Below, piece by piece: positions 6,916-11,780 of a stretch of DNA of 11,780 nucleotides. The notes beneath the pieces are model-generated. The model ran no database searches. It was not told where the DNA came from and saw nothing but the letters and a program-made list of their open reading frames with translations. Made by a program: the position numbers and the translations under genes. Origin of the DNA: Candidatus Micrarchaeota archaeon (GTDB taxonomy: Archaea; B1Sed10-29). Within the stretch, counting starts at the first letter, position 1. Every line of letters begins with the position of its first letter. The DNA lies in contig CAZOFO010000017.1 in NCBI GenBank assembly GCA_964579265.1, positions 1-11,780 on the forward strand. Direction: 5' to 3'.

Positions 6916-7194
6916 TTACTGTGGCGCTGTCATTCTTATGGTTATAGCGCTTACTTTGGATTCGGATCCATCGTCGTTTTCAAGTTTTTCGGTCTTTGTT
7001 GAGATGTCCTCAATGTTTATTTCGTCGAGGAACTTGTTTTTCACTATCTCTGCTACGTCTACTGCTCTGCTTATGGACTTTCCTCTTGCTTTTACTTCTA
7101 CTTCATCTGCTCCTTGGTTGAACTGGGTCACTACTGCGAGAACGTAGCTCATTACGCCTTTGCTTCCTACGTAGATCACGTTGTCTTCAGCCAT
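6916..7194 (-). CDS. albA: DNA/RNA-binding protein Alba (Sac10b family)
   Basis: NVIYVG.K.VMSYVLAVVTQFNQG..EVEVKARGKSISRAVDVAEIV..KFL and C-terminal SKVSAITIRM. Strong SD GAGGTGA at 7201-7207. Confidence 0.96.
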   Translation of the reverse strand: MAEDNVIYVGSKGVMSYVLAVVTQFNQGADEVEVKARGKSISRAVDVAEIVKNKFLDEINIEDISTKTEKLENDDGSESKVSAITIRMTAPQ

Positions 7195-7274
7195 GTTGGT
7201 TCACCTCGTTCTTTGTGTTTTGTTTTTTGTGTTCTGTGGGCTTTCTTCTCTGTATTTATATTTTTCTTGGTTGT

Positions 7275-7290
7275 CTTTTAAATGTTTTTC
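7275..7290 (-). promoter_or_regulatory. Putative BRE/TATA promoter of alba
   Basis: The minus strand reads GAAAAACATTTAAAAG in the 110-nt gap upstream of alba. A second candidate, AAAAATATAAATA, lies at about 7253-7265. Confidence 0.45.
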
Positions 7291-7304
7291 TATTTGTATT
7301 GTTC

Positions 7305-8057
7305 TTACTCTTTTATTTTCTCTATTTCTGGGAATTTGTATTTTCCTGCTTCTCTGTCCACTGCTATTGCTTTTAAGGATTTTAGATTCGTTCTGTTTTT
7401 TAGTACTGGGGATAGTAGGTCTTTTTCACGTATTAGATTTACCTGTGATCCTTCTGCTAGTTTTGAGAAGGCAGGTATAACTATTATTTTTTGGTTTTCT
7501 TCGTTTGTCTCTCCGTAAAGGAAGCACGGTATCTTTTCCTTTATCCCTACTTTGTCGGTTAGGGATAGTGCAGGGTGTTCGTGTCCTATTATTAGGTATT
7601 TTGATTCATGTGTATCTATTTTTTGTTGTTCTTGGTGTCCGTGTGTGAAGGTTGTGTTTTTCATGGTGAATTGGTCTTCTAGTTCCACGTTATTGTATTT
7701 TTCCGTGGCGTAGATTAGGTAGTTGTCGTGGTTTCCTTTTACTAGAAGTATTTTTTCAACTAAGTCACTTAGGTATTCTATGAATTCTTGTATTTCTTCT
7801 CTTTCTCCTTTTGTTGTTTTTGAGAATTCGTGTTTTATGTCTCCGCAGATAACTAGTTTTTCAGGTTCTTTTTTATTTATTATTTTTTCTATTTCTTTTT
7901 TCACTTCTTTTAACTGGAATTTGGGCATTAGGAAACCTGTCTGAGCCATCAGGGATTCTAGACCTAGGTGTAGGTCTGCTATTATAACTGAATCTGTTTC
8001 AGGGTCGTATAGGGAAGGGTAGTTGTTTATTATTTCGAATCTATTGAATATCTTCAT
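7305..8057 (-). CDS. Calcineurin-like metallophosphoesterase (Lhr-associated MPE, SbcD/Mre11-related)
   Basis: Complete binuclear metal motifs ADLHLG, GDIKH, GNHD, HGH and GHEHP, plus the family-typical IPCFL and IPAFS. Starts 16 nt after the lhr stop. Confidence 0.92.
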   Translation of the reverse strand: MKIFNRFEIINNYPSLYDPETDSVIIADLHLGLESLMAQTGFLMPKFQLKEVKKEIEKIINKKEPEKLVICGDIKHEFSKTTKGEREEIQEFIEYLSDLVEKILLVKGNHDNYLIYATEKYNNVELEDQFTMKNTTFTHGHQEQQKIDTHESKYLIIGHEHPALSLTDKVGIKEKIPCFLYGETNEENQKIIVIPAFSKLAEGSQVNLIREKDLLSPVLKNRTNLKSLKAIAVDREAGKYKFPEIEKIKE

Positions 8058-8073
8058 TTAGATCCTTGTTTTT

Positions 8074-10767
8074 TCATTGATTTATGTTTGCCAGTACTTT
8101 TTGATGTAGTTGTTGTAGTCTTTTCTTTTTATCTTCCAGTTTCATTACGTCGCTCTGACTTTGTATCACGAGGTTGTGTGCGAATGGTGAAGGTACGTCT
8201 GTTTCCATGACGTTGTAGGTTATTTCTCCTTCTTCTATTCCTTGGATTATTTCTTTTGCGTGTTTTATATCCATGTGATCTTCCATTATTTCTCTGTAGG
8301 TTTCTTTTATTATTGGGAATTCTTTTCCTGTTTTTTCTTGTATTTTTTCGCATGCTGGTAGGAGGAACTGTGTTTTCATTTGTTGTTTTCCAACGCTTTT
8401 CTTGTTTCCTTTGTAGTTTCTGATTATCATGAGTGCTCTTGACGCTACGTGTCTGAATCTTCTTTTCATTAGCTGTGTTTTTCTCACTGCGTTTTTGAGA
8501 GTTTTTCTTAGATCGGTTTCTATTGCTTCGTTGATTATTTTGTCCACGTCTATTCCTATTGGTGTCTTTAATACGAATCCGTGGTCGTCCACGACCATTC
8601 CTACGTTTGTTGTTACTTGTTTGGAGAGTATGTGTGCGAATATTCTGCACAGTGCGTCGTTTACTTTTCTTCCGTAGATGGTGTGGAAGACTATGTTTAG
8701 TCGGTTTCCTTCCTTTGTTTTGTTTTTCTCTATTAGTATTTCTTTGTCCGTTGGTATCTTGCCTGTGTACTGGTATTGTTCTATTAGGTAGGATTCTATG
8801 GATGTGACTGTGTTTTCGTTTACAGGGTAGTTTTCTCTTATCCATTTCTTGACGTTTTCATTGTTCTTGAGTTTTTTCTGGACTGTGGAGTTGAGTTTTC
8901 CTATTTTTCTTCCGAGGTCGTAGGATAGTGGTAGCATTTCGGAGTACCATGAGGGAACTGTTGGTGATCTGTTGGGTCTTGGATCCACGTATACTTTCAT
9001 TCCTCTGGTGTATCTGTATTCGTATGTGTCTCCTCCGTGTACGAATATGTCTCCTTTTGTTAATCGGTCGAGGAACTCTTCGTCAAGTGTTCCTACGAAT
9101 TTTTGGTTTCCTCTGGTGTGTACTCTGTATGCTGATTCGTCTGGTATGGTTCCTATGTTTGTCATGTAGATTACTCGGGTCATTTTGCCTCTTCTTCCGA
9201 ATATTTTTTCTCCTTCTTCGTTTTCGTCTATCCATATTTTTCCGTAGACGTGTTGGTCTTCGAGGGAAGCGTATTCTCCTGCAACGTATTTTAGGGTCTG
9301 GGCGTAGTCTTCCTGGCTTAGATTTATGTAGTTGTAGCTTTTTTTGATGGTTGTGTAGGCTTTTTTCATGTTCCATTTTTTGTTGCAGGCCATTCCCACT
9401 GTGTGCTGTGCCAGTACATCTAGGGAGTTTTTTGGTATTCTAACTCTGTCTAGTTCGTCGTTTTCTGCGCATCTGACCATCTCGGTGCATTCTAGCGCGT
9501 CATCTCTTTCCATTACGATTATTCTTCCTTTTGCGGTATCGTGTAGTTTGTGTCCTGATCTTCCTATTCTTTGGATGGCTCTCGCTACTCCTTTTGGTGA
9601 GGATAATTGTAGGACTAGGTCTATGTTTCCTATGTCTATTCCGAGTTCTAGCGAGGTTGAAGTTACCGCCAGGTCTAAGTTTCCTTTTTTGAGGTTTTCT
9701 TCCACGTTCAGTCTTTTTTCTCTGCTCATGGAGGAGTGGTGAGCTCCTACATTTTCCTGGTAGTAATCCGGGTCTTTGTTCTTGAGGTTTTTCACGACTC
9801 TTTCTGTTGCTGCTCTGGTGTTGGTGAATATTAGTGTGGTTTCGTGATTTTTTACGAGTTTGTCTATCTGTTCGTACATCTCTTCGTTGACTTCGTTTGG
9901 TGGGGTGTGTATTAGGTCCTGTACGGGTGATTTGACGGATAGATCCATTTTTTTGGATGCTGCGACGTCTACGATCTTGCAAGGTCTTGGTTCTTTGGTT
10001 GCGATGTTTTTGTATCCTACGAGGTATTTTGCTATTTCTTTTATCGGTGCTTGTGTTGCGGATAGTCCTATTCTGGTGAATTCGTTGTTTCCTTTTTTGT
10101 CTCCGGGTTTTTCTCCTTTTCTGTCTTTTCCTTCTTCTTTGCACATTCTTTGAAGCCTTTCTAGTGATAGTGATAGGTGTGTTCCTCTTTTGTTGCTGCA
10201 TAGTGAGTGTATTTCGTCCACTATGACGTATTTCAGGTCTTTGAGTTTGTCTTGAAATTTAGGTGCGTTGAGTATTATGCCTAGTGTCTCCGGCGTGGTT
10301 ATAAGTATGTGTGGTGGTTTTTTCAGCATTTTTTGTCTCTGGCTGCTCGGTGTGTCTCCTGTTCTGACAAGGCTTCTTACTTCTGGTATTTCTTTTCCCA
10401 TTTCTTCCGCTTTTTTCTTTATCCCTTTCAGCGGTTCTTTGAGGTTTCTCTGTATGTCGTTGTTGAGTGCTCTTAGTGGAGCTACGTAGAGGCAGTATAC
10501 TTTGTCCTCGAGTTGGTCTTCATCTCCTTTTAGGAAAAGCTCGTTTAGTATGGATAGGAATGCTGACTGTGTTTTTCCACTACCAGTTGGTGAGCATATG
10601 AGTGAATTCTTTTCATTATGAATCAGGTCGAATGAGTAGCGCTGTGGAGGTGTTAGTTCGTCGAATTGTTCGTTGAACCATTTTTTTACGTATGGTTCGA
10701 ACTCCTTTGGCAGTTCTTCGGATGCTTCTTCGTCTTTCATGTATCTTATTTGTTTATTTTTAGTCAT
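8074..10767 (-). CDS. lhr: Lhr-family ATP-dependent SF2 helicase (archaeal Lhr-core type)
   Basis: Motifs LTPPQ, SPTGSGKT, APLRALNND, TTPE, DEIH, GLSAT, IFTNTR, HHSS, TSTSLELGIDIG and QRIGRSGH, plus Lhr-specific IGTIPDE, VPSWYSE and PSPFA. ATG at 10767 is preferred; the track's GTG at 10776 is more likely part of the SD-like GTGA. Confidence 0.96.
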   Translation of the reverse strand: MTKNKQIRYMKDEEASEELPKEFEPYVKKWFNEQFDELTPPQRYSFDLIHNEKNSLICSPTGSGKTQSAFLSILNELFLKGDEDQLEDKVYCLYVAPLRALNNDIQRNLKEPLKGIKKKAEEMGKEIPEVRSLVRTGDTPSSQRQKMLKKPPHILITTPETLGIILNAPKFQDKLKDLKYVIVDEIHSLCSNKRGTHLSLSLERLQRMCKEEGKDRKGEKPGDKKGNNEFTRIGLSATQAPIKEIAKYLVGYKNIATKEPRPCKIVDVAASKKMDLSVKSPVQDLIHTPPNEVNEEMYEQIDKLVKNHETTLIFTNTRAATERVVKNLKNKDPDYYQENVGAHHSSMSREKRLNVEENLKKGNLDLAVTSTSLELGIDIGNIDLVLQLSSPKGVARAIQRIGRSGHKLHDTAKGRIIVMERDDALECTEMVRCAENDELDRVRIPKNSLDVLAQHTVGMACNKKWNMKKAYTTIKKSYNYINLSQEDYAQTLKYVAGEYASLEDQHVYGKIWIDENEEGEKIFGRRGKMTRVIYMTNIGTIPDESAYRVHTRGNQKFVGTLDEEFLDRLTKGDIFVHGGDTYEYRYTRGMKVYVDPRPNRSPTVPSWYSEMLPLSYDLGRKIGKLNSTVQKKLKNNENVKKWIRENYPVNENTVTSIESYLIEQYQYTGKIPTDKEILIEKNKTKEGNRLNIVFHTIYGRKVNDALCRIFAHILSKQVTTNVGMVVDDHGFVLKTPIGIDVDKIINEAIETDLRKTLKNAVRKTQLMKRRFRHVASRALMIIRNYKGNKKSVGKQQMKTQFLLPACEKIQEKTGKEFPIIKETYREIMEDHMDIKHAKEIIQGIEEGEITYNVMETDVPSPFAHNLVIQSQSDVMKLEDKKKRLQQLHQKVLANINQ

Positions 10768-10770
10768 TTG

Positions 10771-10788
10771 AATCACTTTTAAGTGATT
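10771..10788. repeat. Perfect 8-bp inverted repeat overlapping the lhr ribosome-binding region
   Basis: AATCACTT-TT-AAGTGATT read directly from the sequence. Confidence 0.75.
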
Positions 10789-10852
10789 TTTTAGTGATAT
10801 TGAACCCTCTAGAAATACTGGGTTTTTGATAATGGGTTATTGAGAATTGAAA

Positions 10853-10866
10853 GGGATAAAGGTTTC
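10853..10866 (-). promoter_or_regulatory. Putative BRE/TATA promoter of lhr-MPE
   Basis: The minus strand reads GAAACCTTTATCCC about 90 nt upstream of the lhr ATG. Confidence 0.45.
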
Positions 10867-10952
10867 TGCATTTATTTTTGGTTCTTTAGGGTTAATAAGA
10901 TTAGTGTTCGAATTTCGTGGGGTTAAAGTGTTTTTTAGGTAGAATTCGTTTA

Positions 10953-11780
10953 TTATTTATTAGTTCTTTCATGTTTGAATTCAGTTGATATTAGGAAGAG
11001 TGTTGCTGCTGCGAAGAGTATTAGTACTGTGATTGTGTTCTGTCCTGGTGCTGCTGCTGGTTGTTCTCTTACGTGTCTTTTTAGGTTGAGGGTTACTGAG
11101 TCTTCGTCGTCTTCGCTTCTTAGGGTTAGTGTGTATTCTATTGGTTCTTTTCTTTCGTCCCATGTGTAGCTTTTTTCTTCTTCTTCTCCATCTGGTAGAG
11201 TAATGTTTTCTTTCTGTACTAATTCTTCGTTTATTGTTAGGTTCACTTCCTGTGTATCTTCTATATCTCCTGTGTTCTCTACGGTGTAGTTGATTGTGAT
11301 GGTTTCGTGTTCTCTTAGTTCATCTCCTTCTTCAGGGGATATTATTTCTACTTCGAAAAGCTCTTCTTCTAGTATAGTAATACTTATTTCCTTATAATCA
11401 TCCTCACTCTCTACTATTAATCGGTATTCTCCTGATTCTTCAAATGTCCAATTAAAATGTTCCTCGTATGTTCCTCCTTCTCCTTCTAATTCTACATCTT
11501 CTGTTGTATTGCTATGGAGTAACTCACCATCATCTTCATCTACCATAGCCATGGAAGTAATATTCTGAGTACCGTTTACATCACCTTTGTTTTCTACCGT
11601 GTAGTTCAGTGTAATGTTCTCTTCTACTATATATTTATTTCCATTTTCAATGCCTGTTTCTAGAATGTATTCATCTCCATCTTCTGGATGATCTATTTCT
11701 ATTTCGAAGAAAGGTGATTTTTTGGTATCGAAATTAATTATTTCTCCAGCCCCTCTTACCTCTGTTCCATCCACTGTTCC
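10953..11780 (-). CDS. Acidic cell-surface glycoprotein, C-terminal part (CARDB/Ig-like repeats, C-terminal membrane anchor); 5' end lies outside the window
   Basis: The frame is open to the right edge (GTVDGTE...). Two repeats F-E-[IV]-E-I-x-x-P-E-[DE]-G-D-E...NYTVEN-x-GD...TQ...W...SEDD, nine N-x-T sequons, and a terminal PGQ + hydrophobic helix + charged tail. Confidence 0.85.
   Translation of the reverse strand, partial: GTVDGTEVRGAGEIINFDTKKSPFFEIEIDHPEDGDEYILETGIENGNKYIVEENITLNYTVENKGDVNGTQNITSMAMVDEDDGELLHSNTTEDVELEGEGGTYEEHFNWTFEESGEYRLIVESEDDYKEISITILEEELFEVEIISPEEGDELREHETITINYTVENTGDIEDTQEVNLTINEELVQKENITLPDGEEEEKSYTWDERKEPIEYTLTLRSEDDEDSVTLNLKRHVREQPAAAPGQNTITVLILFAAATLFLISTEFKHERTNK
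11082..11711 (-). repeat. Two tandem CARDB/Ig-like protein repeats (about 11711-11361 and 11360-11082)
   Basis: FFEIEIDHPEDGDE...NYTVENKGDVNGTQ...FNW...VESEDD versus LFEVEIISPEEGDE...NYTVENTGDIEDTQ...YTW...LRSEDD. Confidence 0.8.

Noticed and set aside
3425..8057. Metallophosphoesterase plus coiled-coil proteins as an Mre11/Rad50 (SbcCD) pair
   Set aside because: The coiled coils lack Walker motifs and a CxxC hook; the MPE is the short Lhr-associated type without an Mre11 capping or C-terminal region.
8129..10201. Long same-strand alternative-frame ORFs inside lhr (8129-8845, 9083-9376, 9500-10201) and the similar 10981-11163
   Set aside because: R/K/N/T/Q-rich with no motifs; explained by T-avoidance at third codon positions removing off-frame stops. 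Not treated as overprinted genes.
8074..10767. Intein in Lhr
   Set aside because: Normal length (~897 aa), contiguous helicase motifs, and no intein splice-junction or LAGLIDADG blocks.
10800..10950. Recurring GGGTT(A) words in the lhr upstream region as a mini-CRISPR or iteron array
   Set aside because: Only 5-6-nt matches with irregular spacing; consistent with the local strand bias.
1317..11169. Numerous antisense ORFs rich in F/S/L (e.g. 2007-2477, 4131-4661, 5811-6266, 7181-7480, 8928-9347)
   Set aside because: Shadows of A-rich genes on the opposite strand; the apparent hydrophobicity is compositional, and they overlap well-supported genes.

Overview
AT-rich archaeal chromosomal window with Lys/Glu-rich proteins, archaeal BRE/TATA and SD signals, Alba and archaeal-type AspRS; the acidic surface protein suggests a saline habitat, but the lineage cannot be determined here. 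From left to right: the 5' end of argS (missing from the ORF track); an orphan 2-TM membrane protein; a divergently transcribed 754-aa HerA/FtsK-superfamily (DUF87-type) ATPase with a long C-terminal extension including a winged HTH, followed by a 74-aa 2-TM protein; then a minus-strand run (in transcription order): 3' part of a CARDB/Ig-repeat surface glycoprotein with a PGF-CTERM-like tail, Lhr helicase, metallophosphoesterase, Alba, Zn-finger/KH NusA paralog, aspS, a 114-aa coiled-coil orphan, yjbQ and a 230-aa coiled-coil orphan with Arg/Lys-rich ends. No rRNA, tRNA, CRISPR array or mobile element was seen. The best candidate for an undescribed system is the ATPase-wHTH fusion with its flanking small membrane proteins and neighbouring coiled-coil protein. 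All family calls come from motif recognition by eye, not database searches.
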